64,000 nt of DNA from an uncultured Bacteroidales bacterium (GTDB lineage: Bacteria > Bacteroidota > Bacteroidia > Bacteroidales > UBA4417). The stretch spans positions 6,837 through 70,836 of the forward strand of contig CAIPFN010000211.1 of NCBI GenBank assembly GCA_903864265.1. Direction: 5' to 3'. The first letter of the stretch is position 1; every line of letters starts with the position of its first letter. The notes beneath the pieces were generated by a model. The model was not told the DNA's origin. It made no database searches and saw nothing but the letters and a program-made list of their open reading frames with translations. Positions 36,896 to 45,579 of this stretch are shown here, piece by piece. Both the position numbers and the translations under genes were made by a program.

Positions 36896-38470
36896 ATGAA
36901 AACGATGCTTTCCATTTTCATCATCTTCTTATTCCAGGTTCGGGTTTGCAAGGCACAAGTCAACATGAGGCCGGCTGATATTCCATACCAATATTGCTGT
37001 CAATCAATGAAAATTTCGGTTGATGCCGGCATGGAGGCTCATTTGGAAGGATTCAGCGAAAGCGATATATCGAAAATCGTTGTGTGCCTTGATTATAAGA
37101 CCCGTTCCGCCAGGATGAAAAGCAGCATATACCTTACTTCAGTTGCTCCATACCCGCAGGGAACCAATATCCGCACTGAAGTGTTATTGCGGAATGACAG
37201 CCTGGTACGGCTTCGCCCGCTGAATTTGAATCAATACTGGCTGGCCAACCCGCTCACCGTTTACGTCACGGTAGTGTACAGCCGGGGCAACGGGAGCAGT
37301 GGGAGCTTTACCTTCGGCAGGGCGGATAAAAGAAATATAGAAGAAGTCAAAGCGCTGAATATTTTGTGTCCGGTTACCAAGGCTCCGCCCCCGCCCCGCA
37401 AAGTCCTCCCGGCTCAAAAGCTGAACTCCGTGATTATTAACAGCCGGATTTTCCCAAACCGGGATGCCCTGGATTTGCTGAAAGCCTTCAACCCGGAACT
37501 GTCGGGAAAAGATTCGGTGCTGGCAACAGGGGCGGTCAAAATGCCCCCTTTCCCGGCCTTAACATTTGAACAAAGAAGATCCGCCAGGAAGCAGTACAAG
37601 GAAAGCCGTAAACCCGACCCGGCGCTCTCGGCTCAATACGACCGTTCGGCCGCGAACCTTAAGGAAGGCCTCACCATGTTCTCCGAACATAGGTTTCCGG
37701 CTAAGAACACCTCAGTCCAACATTTGGAAAGTAAACTCAAAGAGCTGAATTATTATTGCATCAACATCAGGCCCTATTCCCGGAAAACAGGCAGAAAAAC
37801 GATGCTTTTTCTCAGCAGGCAAACAGATGCCTTAAATGCCATTCTTCGCGAATCAGTCAGCAAATCGGCTATAAACGACGATCAATTCAGGGATTGCCAA
37901 CTGCTGATGGATAATATTTATATCAATGTCCGAAAAATTGCTGACCGTTATCACGTCAGGCCCTACTCTGCCGCCCGGGAAACCGGGTATATGGATCAGC
38001 CAGTAAACGAACTGTTTGCCTCGGGCGGCCCGGCTGTGCCCTTGCCGCCTGCCTGCACACCGGCACCGGCAGTATTGCCCTATGCCGACGATCCGGATGT
38101 TTGCTACCATCTGACCTGGTGGGAGAAACTCTTCAGGCCGCGGACCGAAAAGACCATTTACGTGTATGTGTACAAATGTTCGGGCGAACTTTGCCCCGGG
38201 GATGCCTGCAACAATACGCCCGGATGCTTCGACGGCTGCTCGGGGCAATACACGGTAGTTGCCAGTTGCATCGGCGCCGATCCCGAATGTTTCAGCGGCC
38301 TGGCCTCGGCTGCCCATACTACGCTCACTGACGCTAAGTGGACTTTCAGTGTTTACAAAGGAACCAACACCGGTGTAGCTCCCGTGAAAAGCGAGACGAT
38401 TTATACACGGACTGCCAGCTGCGACTCCAACAAAAAACAATTACAGATATGGCTGAAACTGGAACAATGA
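36896..38470 (+). CDS. Hypothetical secreted protein, Pro-rich linkers and C-terminal Cys-rich region (no recognised family)
   Basis: 524 aa with a signal peptide (MKTMLSIFIIFLFQVRVCKAQ). It has a basic central region, Pro-rich stretches (KAPPPPRKVLPA, PAVPLPPACTPAPAVLPY) and 8 Cys within about 50 aa near the C-terminus (YKCSGELCPGDACNNTPGCFDGCSG...SCIGADPEC). Confidence 0.7.
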   Translation: MKTMLSIFIIFLFQVRVCKAQVNMRPADIPYQYCCQSMKISVDAGMEAHLEGFSESDISKIVVCLDYKTRSARMKSSIYLTSVAPYPQGTNIRTEVLLRNDSLVRLRPLNLNQYWLANPLTVYVTVVYSRGNGSSGSFTFGRADKRNIEEVKALNILCPVTKAPPPPRKVLPAQKLNSVIINSRIFPNRDALDLLKAFNPELSGKDSVLATGAVKMPPFPALTFEQRRSARKQYKESRKPDPALSAQYDRSAANLKEGLTMFSEHRFPAKNTSVQHLESKLKELNYYCINIRPYSRKTGRKTMLFLSRQTDALNAILRESVSKSAINDDQFRDCQLLMDNIYINVRKIADRYHVRPYSAARETGYMDQPVNELFASGGPAVPLPPACTPAPAVLPYADDPDVCYHLTWWEKLFRPRTEKTIYVYVYKCSGELCPGDACNNTPGCFDGCSGQYTVVASCIGADPECFSGLASAAHTTLTDAKWTFSVYKGTNTGVAPVKSETIYTRTASCDSNKKQLQIWLKLEQ

Positions 38471-39120
38471 GCGGTAAAATTATTGCCTTTATAAAAGGCA
38501 GGGCGGGAATAGTAACAGCTATTTTCGGGTTGTTCGGCTTTGCATTGCAAAAGCTGCTTCTGAAAATTGACGATAACCTGCTGGGGGAATTCGGGGGCAT
38601 TTTTGCCCTGCTATTTGCATTTATAACCTGTATGGTTTTTTCCCTGGTTCTGAAAGTGGATTATAAAAACAGGAATTCCGCGAAATTCAAGGTCTTTAAA
38701 AGGAGAATCGATGCCGGTATTATCATTTCAGGCATAGGGCTGGTTTGCCTTGGATTTTTTTATTTTTACCTGGTAAATACCCGTACCCTGAATTATAAAG
38801 CCTACGACACCCAGACCCGTTTGCTTACCGGTGAATATAAAAACGAATTGAATATCAAGGCTTTAAAGGACTCTATTATTGCCCATCATCCTCCCATGAT
38901 CTCGGTAAGCGATGCCGCCCTGATACAGGAGGTCGGCGGAAAGTCCGAAGCACTCTATACCCCCGAGTCGCTGGCAAAAAACCGGTTTATCCTGCTGGTG
39001 GTATATTGCCTGTTTATTATTTTTTTTACTTCGGTAACTTACATTGTCCCCGACATTGTCATTGTTTATTATGGCGATATCGAAAATGGTCCGACGGGGA
39101 AAACAAGCCGGGATGGATGA
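38467..39120 (+). CDS. Hypothetical 4-TM membrane protein, translationally coupled to the upstream gene
   Basis: ATG 38467 overlaps the upstream TGA (ATGA at 38467-38470). It encodes 217 aa with four hydrophobic segments and a ~70-aa soluble loop. An alternative start is ATG 38449. Confidence 0.65.
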   Translation: MSGKIIAFIKGRAGIVTAIFGLFGFALQKLLLKIDDNLLGEFGGIFALLFAFITCMVFSLVLKVDYKNRNSAKFKVFKRRIDAGIIISGIGLVCLGFFYFYLVNTRTLNYKAYDTQTRLLTGEYKNELNIKALKDSIIAHHPPMISVSDAALIQEVGGKSEALYTPESLAKNRFILLVVYCLFIIFFTSVTYIVPDIVIVYYGDIENGPTGKTSRDG

Positions 39121-39302
39121 GACTAAGCCGGGATAAACTGATTTATTTACTTTTCAGCTTATTCCCCCTGGCCTCCTGCTAAACCGGGACAGGCACTGAA
39201 AGGGATTCGGTGAACCTAAATAAGATGCCGGGTGTTCTCTGATCCGGATTACTGATCGCATTATTCTGACATTATGATGCAGGCATTTTTATCGCATCCA
39301 GG

Positions 39303-40286
39303 TTAAAAGTACTTCTTCAGATCAAACCTGAATAATTTGGCCGGCTCGTAAAACCAGCCAGCCTGTATGCTTTCGGCCGAGATCCACCCTGTACCATTGT
39401 TTTTCAGCACTATGCCTTCGGTTTGCCCGAGGTGCAAAGCCGACCCCAGTTCTATTCTCCGCATACTGCCGCCGAAAACCAAATTACCCGTATAGGCCGA
39501 AAGCAGCAAGGCGAAGCAGGTATAGGATCTTCCCCCTGTATTCTTATACCCCAGAAGTATGATATTGCCCTGAGCATTCACAGAGGCGTCGGTAACAAGC
39601 CCGGCAGCATCAAACTGCTCCACAAACCTGGCGCGGTAAGTGCCTGCTGTGAGGGGAAGTACATAATGCCGGGTATGCAGGTCCGACCAGTCCTTGCTGA
39701 AAAGCTGCAGTGAATCGTTGCTGACAAAAAAGGCTTCACAATCGAAATTATTAGCATTCATGGAAGCGGCAAACGATACCTGATCGGGGTAGCTGAAATG
39801 GATAAAGCCGGCACTCACTGTATCCTTTGAGGCTTCCAACAGATCGGCCAACCGGATTTTCAATATCCGCAGGTTTCTCCTGTTGCCGTTATTGTTCCCG
39901 AAATCGCCTATATACATGTTTGAATCGTCGGCGGTAATGCTTTCCCAATCCACGTTCGGGGCATTGCTGACCAATACCGTGCGCAGAACTTTCCCGCTTA
40001 AAGTGTCGATCTGGTATATTTCCGACGGGTTTCCGCTGTCGTTCATGGTCCATAGCTGTCCATGAATGAAAACAAGCCCTGATGTTTCCTTCACCATTTC
40101 CGGCAAATCGGCTAACAGCCTGGGGTTGTAGTGCGTTGCCCTGCCTATGCCCGAAACTGCCCCGGAATTTTCAGCCCGGCTGCCTTCCATATACGGAACA
40201 GACTCTTTTACAATGGCTTGGGCCGGGCAATTTGCCACGTATACAAAAAAGAATAAGACTAAAGATTTACGGAGCAGATCGATCAT
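39303..40286 (-). CDS. Secreted beta-propeller protein, SdiA-regulated/phytase-like family (tentative)
   Basis: 327 aa with a signal peptide. The segment ETSGLVFIHGQLWTMNDSGNPSEIYQID..SGKVLRTV...DWESITADD..MYIGDFGNN resembles the SdiA-regulated (YjiK-like) propeller pattern as I recall it. Confidence 0.55.
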   Translation of the reverse strand: MIDLLRKSLVLFFFVYVANCPAQAIVKESVPYMEGSRAENSGAVSGIGRATHYNPRLLADLPEMVKETSGLVFIHGQLWTMNDSGNPSEIYQIDTLSGKVLRTVLVSNAPNVDWESITADDSNMYIGDFGNNNGNRRNLRILKIRLADLLEASKDTVSAGFIHFSYPDQVSFAASMNANNFDCEAFFVSNDSLQLFSKDWSDLHTRHYVLPLTAGTYRARFVEQFDAAGLVTDASVNAQGNIILLGYKNTGGRSYTCFALLLSAYTGNLVFGGSMRRIELGSALHLGQTEGIVLKNNGTGWISAESIQAGWFYEPAKLFRFDLKKYF

Positions 40287-40416
40287 ACGCTGATAATATT
40301 AAACCTGGCCATTTTAAAAACGATAAAGTTAATGAAAACTAACTACCGGCATAAATGCATCAGATTAGTTCAGAATCCATTTTTTCAAATAAATATGTGC
40401 TTCCCGGCTGTCGGGA

Positions 40417-42246
40417 TTAGCGGAATTCGACAGTCCCCGGTTTCCCGATAATGAAATCAGGAAATCCGAAATCGGTGGTCCTGAAGGGATTTGCCTTGAA
40501 AACGTTATTCCCGTCGCCGGGGATAGAAGGATAGAAGGCAAAGGATAACTGAAAGTAGCGGATTACGAGGTAATCATTCTTAATCAACACGCCTGCACCT
40601 AATTGGGGGTATAGGCGGCTGTGTCCAAACCCGGAGTTTTGGTTTCCCAGCATGCCGAACGACAGATTCAAATAAGGGCCAAACCTGAACCCGAGCAGGT
40701 TCCAGGGAGCATACGACTGGGTTTGAAAAATGATCAGGAATCGCCTGGTGCCCGACAGTACATCGCTGCTGAAGCCGTTCAGCCCATAGCCGTCATTGAG
40801 GGTCAGCCGGTCGTACGATGCCCGGTTAATGCCAATAGTGACTTCCGGTTTCATAAATTGCCTGAATTTCCAGCTTCCGATGGTAAACAGCCTGGAGAAG
40901 TAATTCATGCTCGCGGTTAAAACCTCTTCGCTTGACCTGGTGGCGTTCCTAAAAGTTCCATATTCGATGCGGGTGCCGAAATACCCCCAGTTGAAGAAAT
41001 TCCCCCACGAATGCTGTAATCCCAGGTACCAGCGCCCTGTATTTTTTACCTGGTATCCGCCCACTATGCCATAGGCAATGCCTACCGGAACATCTTCGGG
41101 AGTGCCAAACCGAAAAATGTAGTACTGTTTTACATATTTACGCGATGAAATTCCCAACCCCGACATATAAAAGCGTTCGTTAGTATAGTAATCGCGTAGT
41201 TCGGGCTGTTCGAGGGGTTTTTCGAGATATCGCAGATTGTATATGCGGCCTGAGAAGATCAGTTTTGTAGTCCGATCCGTTTCCGATTTCCCTTTAAAAA
41301 TCTGCCATGCGACAGCAGCCCAGTAATCCTGTATATTATACTTTGAATCCAGGAACAAACGGGTGGTGTCATTTTTATATATCCAGACCGGCTGTTTTTC
41401 CTGAGCAGCATACACTCCTCCGGCCCACCTGGCAAGGGGTGTAAAAAAGGGCCTTTCAATATTCAGGCTTTTGCTGAAGTTCCTGTTTTCGTCGAGGGCA
41501 TAGCTAAAACGGGTGCTGATGTAACTGTTTTTAATGTTGGGAATAAAGTAATAGGTCGAAAATGCATTGTTCCCGTTCAGATAGTTCTGGGTATAGGTAT
41601 CCGAAAACGTATGACCTAAGCCCCCCAGGTTTTTTTCCGAAAGTTTCACCATCATATGGCTCTCCGACATGGACCCGTCGGCTACAATACTCCACAGGTC
41701 CGTTACCCGTATGTCAAGATCCACCGAATCAGGATCTTCGGCGCAGGGGGCAGCCGAAATCTGTACGTCGTGAACATAGCTCTGGCTGCGGATCAGGCGT
41801 TCCGATTCTTTAACCAGCAACGAATCGTACCGGTCATTTACATGGATCAGCAACTGGTTGCGGATAATAAAATGCTGGGTTTTCACGTGGAGCGAGTTCC
41901 CGCTCTTTTCGAGGAAACTTCGCGGACCGGCCATGGTATCGTGAATGGAATAACCAAAAGGGTCGAGCGTGACCACATGGATCTGCCGTATGATTTTCCC
42001 TTCAAAATTCCCGGATATAGAAGGTGCTGGTTTCCCGGGAAGGCTGGTGGATACGGATGAAGTGTTCAGAACCGGTTTTAGTATCAGGTCGTGCAGCAGG
42101 CTGGTAAATTTTCGCCGGGTTGAATAGTCTTCAATTTTCTTATATACTCCCGAATCACCCGCTTGCCCGGGTTTTTCCTGTGCCAAAGCTACCCCGCCAG
42201 CGCAGACCATCCATATATGAAAGATGATTATAATCCGGAGTTGCAT
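40417..42246 (-). CDS. Omp85-superfamily outer-membrane beta-barrel protein with a single POTRA-like domain
   Basis: I start it at ATG 42246 (MQLRIIIIFHIWMVCAGGVALAQ signal), not the 42447 extension. It has a POTRA-like segment (IIRQIHVVTLDPFG...LLVKESERLIRSQSYVHDVQISA...VDLDIRVTDLWS). An aromatic-rich alternating beta pattern follows, ending ...GKPGTVEFR. Confidence 0.65.
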   Translation of the reverse strand: MQLRIIIIFHIWMVCAGGVALAQEKPGQAGDSGVYKKIEDYSTRRKFTSLLHDLILKPVLNTSSVSTSLPGKPAPSISGNFEGKIIRQIHVVTLDPFGYSIHDTMAGPRSFLEKSGNSLHVKTQHFIIRNQLLIHVNDRYDSLLVKESERLIRSQSYVHDVQISAAPCAEDPDSVDLDIRVTDLWSIVADGSMSESHMMVKLSEKNLGGLGHTFSDTYTQNYLNGNNAFSTYYFIPNIKNSYISTRFSYALDENRNFSKSLNIERPFFTPLARWAGGVYAAQEKQPVWIYKNDTTRLFLDSKYNIQDYWAAVAWQIFKGKSETDRTTKLIFSGRIYNLRYLEKPLEQPELRDYYTNERFYMSGLGISSRKYVKQYYIFRFGTPEDVPVGIAYGIVGGYQVKNTGRWYLGLQHSWGNFFNWGYFGTRIEYGTFRNATRSSEEVLTASMNYFSRLFTIGSWKFRQFMKPEVTIGINRASYDRLTLNDGYGLNGFSSDVLSGTRRFLIIFQTQSYAPWNLLGFRFGPYLNLSFGMLGNQNSGFGHSRLYPQLGAGVLIKNDYLVIRYFQLSFAFYPSIPGDGNNVFKANPFRTTDFGFPDFIIGKPGTVEFR

Positions 42247-42415
42247 CAGTTTTGGCCTATTTGTATTCAAGGGTTGGCAGAATTTTGCCCGGGCTCCATG
42301 TCTTAGTTTTACAAAATTAATCAATATTAACGTAGCCCCGTTAAAAAGGCTGATACTGTGAGGAATAAACAGCTGGTTCACGCCATAACAGCTGGTTATA
42401 TAAAACTGCGGCAAG

Positions 42416-43609
42416 GTGAATCCGGATGAATTGCATACTTTTGACAAATATCAATATTCAGCTCTGGTGGAACAAAAAAATACTGAACGGGTTTATTTCC
42501 CTCAATTTGATGTCATTCGCTTCTTTGCCGCTTTCATGATTGTGATCTATCATTCGTATATAGCGTGGCGGGGATGGTTCGGGGTTCCGGGAATGCTTTC
42601 TACGGGGGATTTTAAAACGCTTTCTGCCTTTGGCGCTCATATCGACAGGCTGATTAAAAATATGCCCATGGGCGTTGATATTTTCTTCTTCATCAGCGGA
42701 TACCTGCTCACCATATTGCTGGTGATGGAGAAACAGAAATTCGGGAAGGTGAATATTCCCAAGTTTTATATCCGTCGCGGGCTGCGCATCTGGCCCCTGT
42801 ATTTTTTCCTGGTGGCCCTGGCCCCGTTTATCATCAACTGGCTGGGAGATAAACAACCCGAATACTGGCGCACCATACTGCTGGTGAATAACTTTCAGAC
42901 CCTGGCCACCCAGAACTGGGAATATCCCTTTGCACATTTCTGGTCCATCTGCATTGAAGAACATTTCTATATTGTATGGCCTTTGATCATTGCATTTGTC
43001 CCCTTCCGCAAACTGATACCTGTTATCATCGCCCTGATCGGCCTGAGTTGGGGATATAAAATGTATACCTATATTTTCCTGCCGGCCAATTGGTTTGAAC
43101 TTTACCTCCACACGCTCAGCCGTATGGATGTAATCCTGATGGGCGGGCTTCTGGCCGTGCTTTATATCCGCAAACCTTTCGAATTCAGGCTGAACGGGTA
43201 TATTATTGCCGGGCTGATTGCCTTCCTGCTGGTTGTACTTTCATTCGACGATGCTTCCGATTTCTCGAATATGTTCAACGGCATTCTGCGCAGGCCCGTA
43301 TATATAGCCCTGCTGGCCTTACCCATGATGGACCTCTTATTCAACCCCGCCCGTGCCGGGATTTTTGGCAAACGCAATCCGCTGCTTTACCTGGGTAAAA
43401 TTTCGTATGGCATCTATATGTATGGCAATATCCTGGTGCCCATTGTAATCAGGAAAATCATGGTAGCCCACAACATTTACAATATATATTTTTACTTCGC
43501 CCTGGTATTCGTGCTTTCACTTCTGATCCCTATTATCAGTTACGAGCTGCTCGAAAAGCCTTTCCTGAAACTGAAACAACGCTTTGCTTTAGTCAAGACC
43601 CGCATATAG
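42416..43609 (+). CDS. Acyltransferase-3 (OafA/YrhL-like) family membrane O-acyltransferase
   Basis: 397 aa with about 10 TM segments. The N-terminal motif FPQFDVIRFFAAFMIVIYH is typical of the family. It uses a GTG start; there is no in-frame ATG nearby. Confidence 0.85.
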   Translation: MNPDELHTFDKYQYSALVEQKNTERVYFPQFDVIRFFAAFMIVIYHSYIAWRGWFGVPGMLSTGDFKTLSAFGAHIDRLIKNMPMGVDIFFFISGYLLTILLVMEKQKFGKVNIPKFYIRRGLRIWPLYFFLVALAPFIINWLGDKQPEYWRTILLVNNFQTLATQNWEYPFAHFWSICIEEHFYIVWPLIIAFVPFRKLIPVIIALIGLSWGYKMYTYIFLPANWFELYLHTLSRMDVILMGGLLAVLYIRKPFEFRLNGYIIAGLIAFLLVVLSFDDASDFSNMFNGILRRPVYIALLALPMMDLLFNPARAGIFGKRNPLLYLGKISYGIYMYGNILVPIVIRKIMVAHNIYNIYFYFALVFVLSLLIPIISYELLEKPFLKLKQRFALVKTRI

Positions 43610-43675
43610 AATCCGGACAGGGTTTCATTCAATGGCGTCCCTCATAGCTTTTTTCAACAGCATATCCCAAATGCG

Positions 43676-43709
43676 AAACGGCTGTCCCTGTGAAAGGACA
43701 GCCGTTTTT
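43676..43709. terminator. Bidirectional terminator between convergent genes
   Basis: 12-bp stem AAACGGCTGTCC / GGACAGCCGTTT with an 8-nt loop. TTTTT follows on the plus strand, and TTTCGCATTT follows on the minus strand. Confidence 0.75.
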
Positions 43710-43732
43710 AAATATGCTCAAAGCCAATCCGC

Positions 43733-44245
43733 TTATTTTTTGTCGGCTCCGCTTGCAGGTGTTTTTAAAATTGGCATAACGGTTTTGGAAGCGGGTGCTT
43801 TTGGCTCAGCCTTAATAGCACGTGTTGCAGCCGGGCTTGTTGTACGGAGTGGCTTCCCGTTGGCATCCATGAGTATAGGTTTAGCACTGGCACCTACCCT
43901 GGGGTGTGTGCCCGTGGGCTTTCCCTGTGCAGGTTTAACGGTGGCAGATGGCCTGGCTGAAGAAACGGTTGGGGTTTTGACAGTTGAAGCTGATGCAGCC
44001 CGACCGGTTTTGTTTTTGTACCCCCCGTTTTTATAATCATGGGCTCTCTTTCTGGCATCGGCAGCCTGTTCAGGAGTCATTGCATTGTATTTTTTCTGCA
44101 TTTCGGCCTGGTGGGCTTTGAGTTTCTCGAGGTTAGCCTGCTTGTTCTTATCGGCGGCCTTGTCGGCCGACTGTGCATACGACAGGGAGCCACAAAGCGA
44201 GACTGTAAGCAGCAGTATGGCTGCAACGAATGATGATGTTTTCAT
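43733..44245 (-). CDS. Secreted basic low-complexity (K/A/P/T-rich) protein
   Basis: I start it at ATG 44245 (MKTSSFVAAILLLTVSLCGSLSYAQ). It encodes 170 aa: a helical K/A/Q-rich N-terminal part, then a PT/K-rich tail. The opposite-strand ORF 43632..44036 is treated as a shadow. Confidence 0.55.
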   Translation of the reverse strand: MKTSSFVAAILLLTVSLCGSLSYAQSADKAADKNKQANLEKLKAHQAEMQKKYNAMTPEQAADARKRAHDYKNGGYKNKTGRAASASTVKTPTVSSARPSATVKPAQGKPTGTHPRVGASAKPILMDANGKPLRTTSPAATRAIKAEPKAPASKTVMPILKTPASGADKK

Positions 44246-44333
44246 TTTGTTTGAGATTATGTGATTATTAGGTTGATTGAACCGGATGATCGCCTTTTGC
44301 ATAAAGCCCTATCCGGAATTTCCAAAAGCAGCT

Positions 44334-45542
44334 TTATTGTAACTTCTTCTGCCACACCTGTGCCCCGGCAGTGGAGACCCTGTTAAGGAAAATATAGCTT
44401 CCTCCGGAGTTTGAAAGTCCTGTAATGCAGAAGTCTTCGTTATCGGGCATTTGCACCAAACCATAGCCCTGATCGGTATCCGTTCCGCCAAACGTATAAT
44501 CGGTACCGATTTGCACACCGCTTGCATCCGTGCGGATCAGAAAAACATCCTGGGACCCGCTTTTATCGGTGATGCCTGTCATTGCAAAGCCTCCCCCGCT
44601 GGTTTCAATCATGGTGGCGCCGTATTCATAGCCGGCTCCGCCGAATGATTTCCTGGCAGGCCACAGCACATTGCCGGCTGTATCGGTTTTGATCAGGAAA
44701 ACATCCTGGTTAGTTCCTTCCTGCAGGGTTCCGCTAATGGCTAATCCTCCGTCGGCAATTCCTGCTGTGTGGGTAAGCGCGAGCGAGAATCCTATACCGG
44801 TTCCATATGTTCGTGTCCACAGGCTATCGCCGGTTGACGAAACTTTCATCAGGAAAATTTTACCGCAACACGAACTGTATCCGTTAAGGGAACCCGTCAA
44901 GAAATAACCTCCGCCCGGGGCTGCCATAACGCAATAAGCGGCATCATTCACCGTGTCGGAAAGGTTGATGCTTTTCGCACCCAGGCTTTTCTCCCAGATG
45001 ACGGCCCCGGCATTGTTAATCCTAACCAGGTAGATATCCCTGTCAGAAGAACTCGTCTTTTGGATATACCCAGCCACCAGGTATCCGCTGTCGGCATTGG
45101 GCAGCACGCTGAAAGCCTGCGAGTAGGCACTTCCTCCGTAAGTGAGGGATTTAATACCGACGCCCTGGGCATCCGTGATAACCACGAACATGGAAGGGGA
45201 ACCGGAAATGGCTTTGTTACTGAAGCCTGCCGCGATATATCCACCCTCATTTGATTTATTAACGCTATAAAATGCATCGGCATAGGAACCTCCGAAACTA
45301 TGGTGCCACAGGGTGTTGGTGTCGCTGCCGCCTGAAGGGGCAATCTTGATCAGGGTAGCTTCATATCCTTTAGTGGAGGAGGAATTGTACCCGGCTACGA
45401 TTAGGTTTCCGTCAGAAGCCAGTAACAAGCTGTTTCCTCCGCGCATGTATTGTTGTGTAACCTGCTCCGCCTTATTGCAGGAAGACAGAACAGCCAGAAG
45501 TGAAACAAATACTAAGGCTGCTTTAAAATATTTAAGGTTCAT
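44334..45542 (-). CDS. Lipoprotein built from ~7 beta-propeller-like repeats
   Basis: 402 aa with lipobox LAVLSSCNK. A recurring ~50-aa unit has GGY.(A/T)G... then D(I/V)(F/Y)L(V/I)(K/R).(D/N)..G..(I/L)W. Examples: DIYLVRINNAGAVIWEK, KIFLMKVSSTGDSLWTR, DVFLIKTDTAGNVLWP, DVFLIRTDASGVQ. Confidence 0.7.
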   Translation of the reverse strand: MNLKYFKAALVFVSLLAVLSSCNKAEQVTQQYMRGGNSLLLASDGNLIVAGYNSSSTKGYEATLIKIAPSGGSDTNTLWHHSFGGSYADAFYSVNKSNEGGYIAAGFSNKAISGSPSMFVVITDAQGVGIKSLTYGGSAYSQAFSVLPNADSGYLVAGYIQKTSSSDRDIYLVRINNAGAVIWEKSLGAKSINLSDTVNDAAYCVMAAPGGGYFLTGSLNGYSSCCGKIFLMKVSSTGDSLWTRTYGTGIGFSLALTHTAGIADGGLAISGTLQEGTNQDVFLIKTDTAGNVLWPARKSFGGAGYEYGATMIETSGGGFAMTGITDKSGSQDVFLIRTDASGVQIGTDYTFGGTDTDQGYGLVQMPDNEDFCITGLSNSGGSYIFLNRVSTAGAQVWQKKLQ

Positions 45543-45579
45543 TGAAGTTCAGAATAATGTGTAATGAAGTAAAAAAACG

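Noticed and set aside
37853-38440. 195-aa minus-strand ORF inside the 524-aa hypothetical gene. Similar long antisense ORFs occur at 42458..43111, 61163..61792, 7750..8451, 24240..24755, 34779..35306, 55559..56008 and elsewhere.
   Set aside because: They lie wholly inside longer ORFs with recognisable families or signal peptides. Their translations are R/G/H-rich and low-complexity and lack any motif. These are typical shadow ORFs.
42247-42447. 67-aa N-terminal extension of the Omp85-like ORF, and similar 5' extensions of ORFs at 6804, 15503, 44302, 51857 and 62485.
   Set aside because: In each case an internal ATG is followed directly by a canonical signal peptide or the family-typical N-terminus. 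For 6804, a promoter box lies inside the extension.
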